From Eledone cirrhosa (lineage: Eukaryota), in NCBI GenBank assembly GCA_964016885.1, contig OZ024743.1:25544001-25608000 (forward strand): a stretch of 64,000 nucleotides of DNA. The letters are read 5' to 3'. The notes beneath the pieces are model-generated. The model was not told the origin of the DNA. It did no database searches and saw nothing but the letters and a program-made list of their open reading frames with translations. The position numbers and the translations under genes are program-made. Shown here piece by piece: positions 52,131 to 64,000 of this stretch (the first letter of the stretch is position 1; the number at the start of each line of letters is the position of its first letter).

Positions 52131-52224
52131 ACCCCTTGAGAAGATCGGCTATTTAAATACCAGGATAAATTTTCATTTAGTCCAGAATTAGCCGTCGAAA
52201 CGGCTTGAGCTCAGCTGTCGGGGT
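52131..52224 (+). ncRNA. Type I hammerhead ribozyme variant with U3-A8 core in the Penelope pLTR
   Basis: Stem I ACCCC/GGGGT; core TTGAGAA (52136-52142); stem II GA(t)CGGCTA/TAGCCGTC; GAAA 52197-52200; stem III CGGCT/AGCTG; GUC triplet. Confidence 0.75.
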
Positions 52225-52234
52225 CTTACTGGTT

Positions 52235-52309
<75 letters not shown>

Positions 52310-52533
52310 ACGTACATACATATATGTATACAGACGTACAGTAGTATGTATATATATATACATACATGCACACATATATATATGTACGTACATATATGTA
52401 TGTGTGCATGTATGTATATATATATATACATATTACTGTACGTCTGTATACATATATATATGTACGTATACATACTTATATTTAAGTAACAGCCGTACTA
52501 AGAGTGAGAAATGAAATTTCGTTTCATTTTTCC

Positions 52534-52574
<41 letters not shown>

Positions 52575-52803
52575 AATCTCTTTCTCTCTCTCTCTCTCAT
52601 GTGTACTGGGGTGTTTATCTGAGTTAGTGTATGAGTGTGTATGTGTGTGTATGGGTCTGTGTGTGTTGATCGTTCTCTCTGCCTATATTTCTGTCTGCCA
52701 TTTCTGTCTGTTTCCTGTGTCGTATGCCAGACATACAGACATATACCTAGACCGCAATTGTCATTTCGTCTGTGACGAATTTATAAATGTTTTTGTTTGG
52801 AGA

Positions 52804-52862
<59 letters not shown>

Positions 52863-53082
52863 TATATGTATATATATGTGTGTGCGCGTGTATGTGTATG
52901 TGTTTGTGTGTGTGGGGAGGTGGGGGGTGTACGTACACACAAACATATTTATGCATACAATCCGACATACACACTCGCACACCGCCACACATATACTCAC
53001 ATATATAAATATTCGTGTTTGTGTACGTGTCAATGTATTTGTATCTATGTGTGTATATACATGTGTTTAATAGACGTATATT

Positions 53083-53325
53083 CATCATAGTAATTAACGT
53101 CCACTTCTTCTGCTAGCAAATGTTGGTACTCAAGTTGAGGTACTAACCCACAGATGGGCCGAGGGAATGCATTTCATTTACATACGTTCCTCGCCCTACC
53201 GAGAGCTCACATGAGCCGGCTGGCCACAACTCACATACGATACCGGGCGTTACCGACTGAATTTTCTCCTGGCACCAACACATGGCTTTGACACAACAGA
53301 AGAGACCTTCCGGCCGTAGGCAATT
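53083..53325 (-). mobile_element. SINE-like element with a LINE-type tail ending GGACGTTAA..(TGA)n
   Basis: GC-richer island between microsatellites; minus strand ends GCTAGCAGAAGAAGTGGACGTTAATTACTATGATGA. Family assignment is from recollection only. Confidence 0.45.
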
Positions 53326-53357
53326 GTGTGTGTGTGTGGAAGAAAGAGAGAGAGAGA

Positions 53358-53436
<79 letters not shown>

Positions 53437-54130
53437 ACAACTTTTCTTTCAAATATATTATATTCAAGATACGATTGGATATTTTATATTTCCATATTAG
53501 ATTATTGACTTTTATAATTATTTTTTTCATTGGTCCACTTATATAGTAAGTAGCAAAGATTATTGGATTTATTGGATTTATTTCGTTCTGATAATATCGT
53601 GATCGATGGAGTTAATATGTATGCATGCATAGGTCTATAACTACTAGTGATGTCGTAGGAGCACTGTCATAACACTGGACACTTTAAACCTGACTAAGCT
53701 CATCCCATCTCCAGGTGTAAGCACAGCCGATTTCTTCCACAGGAGAGAATGTGATAGAGAGGAAGTGAGAATGAGATAGAGTTGAAGACGACCCCAGTAC
53801 TGGTGCTTTTTTAATCGACCTTGAAAGGACGAAAGGCAAAGTTAACCTTGTGGTTAATAACGTTCTTATATCCCAGAAAGCCGGAACCAATACCACAAAA
53901 GCATTCTACCCGATATTCTATCGACTAAGCTAATGCACCACCTACTGGATATTAACCGTTAAATCCAAGTTATTTTCTGTTAACAGTAAATAGTTAAAAA
54001 CGTACTCAGTGCTATAAGTACAGTTTATATGGAGTGACTTTATGCTGAGTCATCAGAATTTACAACTACTAGATTCACGGGTTCCATCGTCATTCCCCTA
54101 AACACCAGGAACGTGAAACCAATAACTAAC

Positions 54131-54320
54131 AATTGTTTTTAATTTTGGCACAAGGCCAGCAATTACCCCAGTGCGTTACTGGTACTTTATTTTATCGACC
54201 CTGTAAGGATGAAAGGCAAAGTTAACCTTGGCGGGATTTGAACTCAGAACATAAAGGGCCATAATTCTATGCTGCAAAGCATGGCGTCCAACCCTCTAGC
54301 GATTCTGACAAACCAACACC
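54131..54320 (-). mobile_element. SINE family A
   Basis: Reverse complement of the 36005 consensus. Confidence 0.9.
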
Positions 54321-54597
54321 CTGAAGTTTAATATTAAAGATGAAGCATATATATTTATATATTTCAATAAATCTATCTTTCAGTCCTCGTTACATCTTAC
54401 TTATTCGATTATTGATTGACCATCGAACAAAATGATTTGTCGTTCTTCTGGCCTCAAACGTTTTGAGTTCAAATACACTGAAGGTCCATTCATCTTAACG
54501 AGGTCGACAAAATACAGTAGCAGTCAATTACTAGCAACGATATAATCGACTGCTCCTCCAACACCTCTGTGTGGTTGTTTGTATGTTTGTGTGTATG

Positions 54598-54650
<53 letters not shown>

Positions 54651-54799
54651 GCGTGTGCGTGTGTGTGTGTGTATACATACATGCACATATATATGTAAAA
54701 TTAAATATTAAATCTATCAGAATTTCACCATTGAAGAACCTTCATATCTGGCGTATGTTATTTTACCAGCCTTCCTACCATGCAAATCGAGCAGATAAC

Positions 54800-55055
54800 C
54801 CACCATGGTTTGGAGTCGTTAAAGTGTCGGGCTATTGTGCAGCAGTATTTTTCCACCTCTTTGTCATATGAGTTCAAATCCCATCGCGGTCAACTTTTCC
54901 TGCCTCCTTCCCACAATTACTGGCATTGTGCCAAAATTAGCAAATCCCATCGAGGTTAACTTTGCCTTTCATCCTTACGGGGTCGATAAAGTAAAGTACC
55001 AGTAATGTACTGGAATAATTGCTGGCCTTGTGCCAAAATTAGAAACCTTTATTAC
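54800..55055 (+). mobile_element. SINE family A, deleted copy followed by a 3'-half copy
   Basis: GAGTTCAAATCCCATCG...GTGCCAAAATTAG occurs twice; the second copy has the full core. Confidence 0.75.
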
Positions 55056-55693
55056 TATTAATGATGATGAGAATTTCTTGAAACGTTAAAGGACTTACGA
55101 AATCGAGACAATGAACCAAACATATGACTTCCCTTGGGAACCAGCTACAAAATAAGAGTCATTCAAATTCACTTAACACAACCTCGCAAGCAAAATACTG
55201 GTTTTGATAAGTACCGTTTCGAATGAATCTAGATACAAATCGGGCGAAAGGGACAAAAATTCGTTTGGTACGTTCTAATTTCCTTATCTAGGTAAAGAAA
55301 ACCAAATATACACCATGACATCTTAAGTAATTGGTATATAAAAGTGATATATACTAATTAGTGATCTTCGGATCCCGAACATTTTTAGTTCGTGAGTAAA
55401 ATGGGGAATTTTTATCGTAGAGTCTAACCTTCTAATACATCTATGAACTGTACAGATGAAATGTTATTAATATTGCATAGAATTCTCATTTAAATTGGGT
55501 CTTCTTTGTGTTTTAACAAAGAGAATACTATAAACACTCAGACAAACACACAAACACACATACATGCACACACACATACATAAATAAACACACACGCACA
55601 CACATACATATATCTATCTATCAATATATATATATGTATCAAAGGTATATATTGAGTTAGGAACTCAAAATAGTCTCTTAAAAAATAGTCCCT

Positions 55694-55813
<120 letters not shown>

Positions 55814-55965
55814 TATACATATATATGTATACATATATGTATATATATATATGTTATCTCATGTTCTCAATATTAGGGTATAAATATTGAGTTTTGTCAT
55901 GAGTTAATCACTACCATGACTAAATCTTAACCATCTACTATGTCAGGGTATGTCATGCATCATCT

Positions 55966-56032
55966 TATTTTATCTGATGAGGACGTACTGTTTTTCTTAA
56001 CTCAATAGCTCTGAAATATGTATAATAAAATA
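55966..56032 (+). ncRNA. Minimal type I hammerhead motif
   Basis: 8-bp stem I TATTTTAT/ATAAAATA; CTGATGA 55974-55980; GAAA 56013-56016; near-palindromic TATGTA; AUA triplet. Same architecture as 35298. Confidence 0.72.
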
Positions 56033-56072
56033 TAATTGATCACAAGAATATCTATTTTGTTAATATTTTAAA

Positions 56073-56168
<96 letters not shown>

Positions 56169-56383
56169 TTCAAAATATTAACAAAATAGAAATTCTTGTG
56201 ATATATATATATACAATATGTTGAAAAGGTAACACACCAGAGAGAGATATACAGTGCGCTATCAATAAAACAGGGAAAAAACCACCAGTGTATGGAATCT
56301 ATAACCTATGAAAGGCAGACTATAGACACGATAATTAAAAATATAAATTAAAGCGTAAATAAATACCTCTATAACTATATATA

Positions 56384-56463
56384 ACACACGTACAAATCCA
56401 AAGAGATGTTTCGCCAGTAATTTGTTGACAGAAATGGAATAACCTCGGTTCATCAGCGTGTGT
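56384..56463 (-). ncRNA. Type I hammerhead motif
   Basis: Minus strand: ACACACG-CTGATGA-...-GAAA-CA...TG-TA-CGTGTGT; 7-bp stem I, irregular stems II and III. Confidence 0.65.
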
Positions 56464-56784
56464 AAGGCTATATATTTCAGACAACACTAAGAGAATTTTA
56501 AAAGTGACTGTCCAGCTACACGTGGGAGAGAGAAGTCACAGCGTGTTTAAGGGCAGTGAACCAGTGGTCTCTGAGGGACGAGCTGCTAAAAAGGGCAGCC
56601 CAAAACCACTCAGAGAAGTGTGCTTAACCAAACAGAGAGATAGGAAAGACTGTTATAAGGAGCGAAATATCACGATAATAGCACACTTCTCTGAATGGTT
56701 TTCATAGGTGGTTTTTTCCATGGTGGTTTTTTCCCTGCTTTATTGATAGCGCACTGTATATCTCTCTCTGGTGTGTTACCTTTT

Positions 56785-56836
<52 letters not shown>

Positions 56837-56896
56837 GAATAATCGAGTATCGAAAAATCGGCGCACGAGTTCACGATAAACAAAATTCGAGATGAT

Positions 56897-57406
<510 letters not shown>

Positions 57407-57416
57407 CATTATATTA

Positions 57417-57603
57417 TGTGGATTGGCAGTATCGGTAGAGGGTCGGACGTCATGCTTTGCACCACAGTTACGTCCCTTTACGGACTGAGTTCAAATCTCG
57501 CCGAGGTTAACTTTGCCTTTCATCCTTACGGGGTCGATAAAATAAAGTACCAGTAATACATTGAGATAATTGCCGGCCCTGTGCCAAAAGTAGAAACAAT
57601 TAT
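57417..57603 (+). mobile_element. SINE family A
   Basis: Complete head, core and tail. Confidence 0.9.
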
Positions 57604-58095
57604 ATTATATATTACTTTTAAGTAATCAAAACTATATATATATATATATATATGTCCGTATATGTATATATATATATATATATATTATATATTTATGTAT
57701 ATATATATATATTTATATATGTCTGTGTGTGTGTATATATATATACACACACACACACAGAAATACACACACACACGCACATATATATATAGCTTTCATT
57801 ACTTAAAAGTTTCTCACGTAACATTTCCTGCATGGCATGAAGATAAATATTTGGTGTTGGATGGATTTAAGCACAGAAAATAAGTTGGGTCATATTCATT
57901 TAAATTAAGCATTTTATCCGTTCTCCATTTCCATACATAATGTCTTAACGTCACATGATGTTAACGATTGACAATTTGGTGTATGAAGATATGGTAGCTT
58001 GTACAGAACGAAAATCAGGAAAGCGAACATAAAAGAGCTGAGAATTGATATATAGCTAAAAGATATGAGAGCAGCCTGCGCGCACATACACATGT

Positions 58096-58153
<58 letters not shown>

Positions 58154-58213
58154 TTATATATATTTATATATATTTATATATATATATTATATATATATAT
58201 ATTTATATATATT

Positions 58214-58248
<35 letters not shown>

Positions 58249-58344
58249 TTACATACATACATGCTTACATACATATATACATACATATATGCATAGATAC
58301 CTATGTTCATGTTAATATACATATATATGTATAGAAATGCAAGC

Positions 58345-58380
<36 letters not shown>

Positions 58381-58431
58381 ATATGTGTGTGTGTGTGTGC
58401 GCGCGTGTATGTATGTATATATATATGTATG

Positions 58432-58474
<43 letters not shown>

Positions 58475-58606
58475 GTGTGTAAGTTATTCCAGGTTGAATC
58501 GGAGGTAACCACAGTAAGTAAGGTACTCAATACATAGCAGAGTATAAAATTTTTAATATACAGGACTAGAACTGTTTCATTCTTTAGAAATCATCAAGAA
58601 TCATCA

Positions 58607-58659
58607 GAGATTCCTGATGATTTCTAAAGAATGAAACAGTTCTAGTCCTGTAGAATCTC
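58607..58659 (+). ncRNA. Type I hammerhead ribozyme motif inside a fold-back element
   Basis: Stem I GAGATTC/GAATCTC; CTGATGA 58614-58620; stem II TTC-taaa-GAA; GAAA 58633-58636; stem III CAG/CTG; GUA triplet. Confidence 0.8.
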
Positions 58660-58672
58660 ATCTATATTAAAA

Positions 58673-58716
<44 letters not shown>

Positions 58717-59111
58717 TATATATATACACGTATATCTACATATCATATGTGTTTGAATAGTTGAGAGAGCAAGAAAGAAGAAAGTGAGGGCGTGTGTGTA
58801 TGTTGCAGACAGAAAGACAACCACATAGAAAGCTATATATTGTCTATGAGTGGATTTCGACAGACTTCTCCGTGCCAATAGAGGATTGGAGGGAATATAT
58901 AGGTAGATGCGAGCGTGCCCACAAACACTCACCACACATATATATATAGATATATATATATATAGAGAGAGAGAGGGGAGAAAGAGAGGGAGAGGGATAA
59001 AGAGAGAGAGGAGGAGAGGGAGGGAAAAAGAGAGAAGAGACAGAGAGAGTCAAACAAGTAAACGTTAGATAGATAGATATGTACAATATCGAAATACAGT
59101 TGACATGGAAC

Positions 59112-59186
<75 letters not shown>

Positions 59187-59309
59187 GCATATATATATAG
59201 ATATGTGTGTGTGTGTATGCGTGTGTGTGTGTGTGTTCGTTTGTCTATATATGTGTGCTTAAATACGTATATATATGCGTGTATGTGTGCATATTTATAT
59301 ATACATATA

Positions 59310-59391
<82 letters not shown>

Positions 59392-59417
59392 TATTTATAT
59401 ATATATACATATATATT

Positions 59418-59478
<61 letters not shown>

Positions 59479-59587
59479 CTGTATATATCTGTATATATAG
59501 ATATATATATGTGTGCGTGTGTGTGTGTGTGTATGCATATATATATTTATAATTATATATATTTAGATATATTTCTATATATTTCTC

Positions 59588-59626
<39 letters not shown>

Positions 59627-59651
59627 TTGTATTTGTGTGTGTGTGTGTGTG

Positions 59652-59682
<31 letters not shown>

Positions 59683-59708
59683 ATGTATATATACACACAC
59701 ACACACAC

Positions 59709-59739
<31 letters not shown>

Positions 59740-60104
59740 AATACAAACACAGACATACACCTGTATTAATTACCATTCCTCTGCCGATCGTTTAAACTCT
59801 GCACTTTGTGGTTTTCCTTTACTCGGTTATGTGGTGTGCAGTATGAAGTGTGAAGTGTGCAGCGGTTATCGAAAACATGCCTCACTGCACACTGTTGGCG
59901 CTCGCTAATTCAGCCAGCCAATCGTTACAGTCGACCGCCATCATAAGTTGTGAGAGCTATTTGATCACCTACAGAACATTGAATAACTTAATGTTTCGTA
60001 CGCCAATAATAATATCTCCCCGACGGCACAACCAGACTGACATCTTTACTGTGGGGCGGCGGAGGCGGCGGCGGCGATGGCGTCAGCGTCTTCGTATGTC
60101 GTAT

Positions 60105-60119
60105 TCGTCGTCGTCGTCC

Positions 60120-60166
<47 letters not shown>

Positions 60167-60290
60167 GTCATCGTCGTCATCATCATCACTGCCATCAAAA
60201 TCCTCATCAATGACATCCTCACCATCATCATCGTCATCATCACCATCAACATGTTCGTCATCACCATCATCATCACCATCATCATCATCG

Positions 60291-60323
<33 letters not shown>

Positions 60324-60601
60324 TCGTCATCATCATCATCATCATAACCATCACCATCATCATCATCATCATCATCATCACCATCATCATCGTCATCATC
60401 ATCATCATCATAACCATCACCATCACCATCATCATCATCACCATCACCGTCATCATCATCATCATCATCATCATCATTATCATCATAATCATCATCATCA
60501 TCATCGTCGTCGTCATTGCCATTACTGCCATCAAAATCCCCATCATTGACATCATCATCATTATCATCATCATCACCATCACCATCATCATCATCATTGA
60601 C

Positions 60602-60633
<32 letters not shown>

Positions 60634-60691
60634 CATCATCACCATCCTCATCATCACCATCACCATCATCATCATCATCATTGACATCACC

Positions 60692-60723
<32 letters not shown>

Positions 60724-60790
60724 CATCCTCATCATCACCATCCTCATCACCATCCTCATCATCATCATCACCATCATCATCATTATTATC
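60105..60790. repeat. (CAT/CAC/CGT)n trinucleotide tract
   Basis: Direct reading, ~690 bp. Confidence 0.97.
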
Positions 60791-61164
60791 CGACAGCGCT
60801 ACTTCTTCCATATATGTGAATAACATAACACTGAATGGTTTCCCGAAGGAAATTTAGACTAAATCACAGTTAAATAAGGTACTCAATACCTCAATAGCGA
60901 ACATACATATTTATAACATATAGATAGAAAAGGATGTTATACACATGAAAATATAACAAGCTAAAGTATGTCCTCTATGAAATGTCCTTCGTTCCGTGTC
61001 TTTACAATATTAACAAATATTCAGAAATATTTTAACTAACTGAACGATATAAAGAATAGCCAATTATATATTGATAGGAGTCGATTGACTTTCGTCAAAT
61101 CGGACCGAGGAAACAATGTTTCCATTTGTCTTTCCAATTGCTAATACTATCTATCGGTCGCAAC

Positions 61165-61293
61165 TCCAGGTAGAAGCAGCAACGGGAAATAAAGTGCCTT
61201 GCGGAAAGACATAACGCATCAACTGGTCCAGGTATCGAACTCACAACCTCACGATTGCGAGTCCAATTCTCTAACCACTCAGCCACACGCCTT
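61165..61293 (-). mobile_element. tRNA-derived SINE head (family B-related)
   Basis: Minus strand: GGCGTGTGGCTGAGTGGTTAGAG (box A)...GTGAGTTCGATACC (box B)...GCAAGGCACTTTATTT. Confidence 0.75.
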
Positions 61294-61800
61294 CACTAAT
61301 ATATTTATTGTCCTTTAATCTACCAAAATATGGCAGTAAATTAGTAGAACCGTTTGACTGTCTGGGCATAATGCCTTCCAGACTCTGTGTTTAAATCCGT
61401 CATGTTCAGATTTCCCTTTCATCTTCCGCGACTCGAAACAATAAAGTACCTGTCATGTACTAAGGTCTATTTAATCGACTGCTACTCTGTTTACTCTGAC
61501 ATTTATAGTCTGCTTCTCTCTTTAAGAATGAGATCCCATTAAAACAGGATAACGCAAAAGAATTTCAACATCTACCACTAGAAAATGTCCGGCTTTTGCA
61601 AAAATATTTCGTCGCAGAAAGATGGATTTAAGACACACCAGACTGACGTCATCACAACGTTTGGTGGTATAGATATTAATATTGGGCTTCCACTTGTACT
61701 TTTCAGTATAGTTTTTCAAGTGTATTGGATTACATAGATACTAGATTTTGTCTGCAACATGAACACACATACATACATACATACACCATACACGCACATT

Positions 61801-61911
<111 letters not shown>

Positions 61912-62064
61912 TTATTAAAATAACAGATTAAAGTTTAAGCAAAGAATCGCTGCTTTCACTCTTAACGGGATCTTCTGAAACAGCCCTCATCGGATTTTAG
62001 TCTTCACATTTATTATTATTACTATATATATATATATATATATATACACATAGGTTTTTGACAT

Positions 62065-62200
62065 ATGTTGATGCCATGAGGACAGACAGGTCTGTTGGAA
62101 ACGCATGACATGGCAGCGACGATGAGGGACAGAGACCGCTGGAGAGAACTCGTCCAAGGATCTCGGGAATTTTACCCGCCTTAAATAGATAGATACATAA
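62065..62200 (+). mobile_element. LINE (RTE-like) extreme 3' fragment
   Basis: Encodes ...DMAATMRDRDRWRELVQGSREFYPP*, the DR..WR..V ending typical of RTE-like ORFs, followed by TAGATAGA. Confidence 0.6.
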
Positions 62201-62458
62201 GTTTACGAAGCTAGACGAAGATAATCGGTACAGCTCCGGTCGTCACTCAATTGATATGGTAAAGTTTTGTATATTAGAAATACAAAATGATTGGCTTTGG
62301 TCATGATTTAAAAATAATATTGCATTTTATAATGGTTCACACAAAGATCCTCTCGTATGTGTGTGTGCGTGTGTATGTGTGTGTTTACATGTATGTGCGT
62401 ATACGTGTGGTCAATGAGATGATCGAAAAGTACTCTAGAAACTACAGACATTAATATT

Positions 62459-62678
62459 GATATCTAGTATAGTCACAAGGCCAGTAATTTGGGGGGAGGG
62501 ATAAATCGATGATTAAATCGACCCCAGTACGTTACTAGACCTTTATTTTATCGACCCCGTAAGGACGAAAGGCAAAGTTAACCTCGGAGAGATTTGAACT
62601 CAGACCGTAAAGGGCCGTAACTCTATGCTGAAAAGTATGGTGTCCGACTCTCTACCGATACTGCCAATCCACCGCCCT
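62459..62678 (-). mobile_element. SINE family A (long variant) with 18-bp TSD
   Basis: ACTACAGACATTAATATT at 62441-62458 and 62679-62696. Confidence 0.92.
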
Positions 62679-64000
62679 ACTACAGACATTAATATTAAAA
62701 TAAATATCATTATATCCCCAGCCACCGTTGGTTTTAAATTCCTAACTCAGTTCTGTCCGAGGACGAAATGTATCGTAATGGCAGTACTTTAATTGTAGGT
62801 TTTGGTTATTACATGTTATCAGTGAGGTGATAAAGCCGTTTTTAAGCTAACTACTGTTGCTGATCGGCGATTTAATTTTATAGACCGCAATAATAGAATC
62901 TGCTATACGCACACAACGTATATAGAAATCATTTATCGAAGACTTCAGAAGGCCACGGCCTATGGAATATATCCGACATGTAGCTTCATTTTCTCAGGTC
63001 ACAGCATTCCAATTAATATTCCAACACTACTGCTATTACTGGGGCAGTAGTGAGTGAGAAGCATTCTAATATACAATCTTTCACTTGGAACTCCAGATAC
63101 ATTTCTCACCGTGTGTTTGTGTGTGTGAGTATTTGTGTGTGTGTGTGTGAGTGAGTGTGTGTGTGTGTGCGCGCGCATGTGTGTGTCAAGAAAGTGCACA
63201 CAGTTACATAAGACGAATAGACAGCTGCATCTTTTCCTCATCAGCCACATTGCTGCTGTACAATTTCACGCATTAAGGTGGTATTACACTTGAGATACCA
63301 GTTTCAGCGACAGATTGGAGAGCCGTTCTGTTGGTAAGATATGTGTGAGATGATAACAAACCAATGAATGGGTAACGAAAATGTCACGGGTGTCTCTCGA
63401 CATAAACCTCGACATGATCAGATAAATACATAGAAAATTACGATTAGAAATAAACATGTAACATGTTAACTCTGGGAGGTATATGTGGTTATGTTCTTCC
63501 AAGCTGTTTTTGATGTACTGCCGGATGAAGCTTCAACATCTGCAGACTCACAGACACACACAAAAGCATACACACACACATACATACACGTGCCCACACA
63601 CACACACACACATACATATATAGATAAATATATATATGTGCGTGTGTCTGTGTAAGTATTATTGTATGTTTATGTGTATGTACATATGTATGAATATATG
63701 CATGCATGCATGCATGTATTTATGTATGCATGTATGTATGTATGTATGTATGTATGTATGTATGTATGTATGTATGTATGAATATATGCATGTATATATA
63801 TATCTATATATGTATGGATGGATGGATATATGCATATATGAATGTATGTAAATATGTATGTATGAATATATATGAATGTATGTATATATGCATGCGCGTA
63901 TGGATATATATGTAAATAGATAAAGATTTGTGTTAAAGCGTCCGGTCATAATTAGAATTCATATGGTAATTCAGTCTCTCATCGTGTTTGGTCAATGGCA

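Larger units (their letters stand above)
48814..52238 (+). mobile_element. Penelope-like element (EN+): inverted pLTR segment, 5'-truncated ORF, long 3' pLTR with ribozyme, (TA)n
   Basis: RT + GIY-YIG ORF; 48814-49112 is the reverse complement of 51210-51508; hammerhead at 52131-52224; ends in (TA)n. Confidence 0.9.

Noticed and set aside
60046-60857. Asp-rich, Met-rich and Ser-rich ORFs of ~245 aa
   Set aside because: All overlap the (CAT)n tract, which is open in most frames by construction.
61215-61293. tRNA gene
   Set aside because: Has A and B boxes but no acceptor stem, and runs into SINE body sequence.

Overview
Eukaryotic (animal), AT-rich, repeat-saturated non-coding DNA. The microsatellite load ((TA)n, (CA)n, (GA)n, (TACA)n, (TAGA)n, (GGT)n, (CAT)n) and the SINE/LINE mix suggest a coleoid cephalopod such as Octopus; this is an inference, not proven. 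I can support no host protein-coding exon, and nearly all ORFs in the track are microsatellite artefacts. Recognisable coding DNA is all retroelement: the 3' end of a Ty3/gypsy element (integrase plus 211-bp LTR), a disrupted R4/Dong-type LINE, a near-complete Tx1/L1-type LINE with two more 3' fragments stacked behind it, RTE scraps, and a Penelope-like element (RT + GIY-YIG) with a 299-bp inverted pLTR segment. There are also more than 15 tRNA-derived SINE copies and a hAT MITE. The least obvious signal is a set of at least seven type I hammerhead-ribozyme motifs from several unrelated sequence families. One carries a compensatory U3-A8 core. Most sit in short non-coding islands between microsatellites, often as fold-back (inverted) structures at (TA)n tracts. 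This fits known Penelope biology. I do not see a wholly new gene system; the ribozyme/fold-back mini-elements are the best lead.
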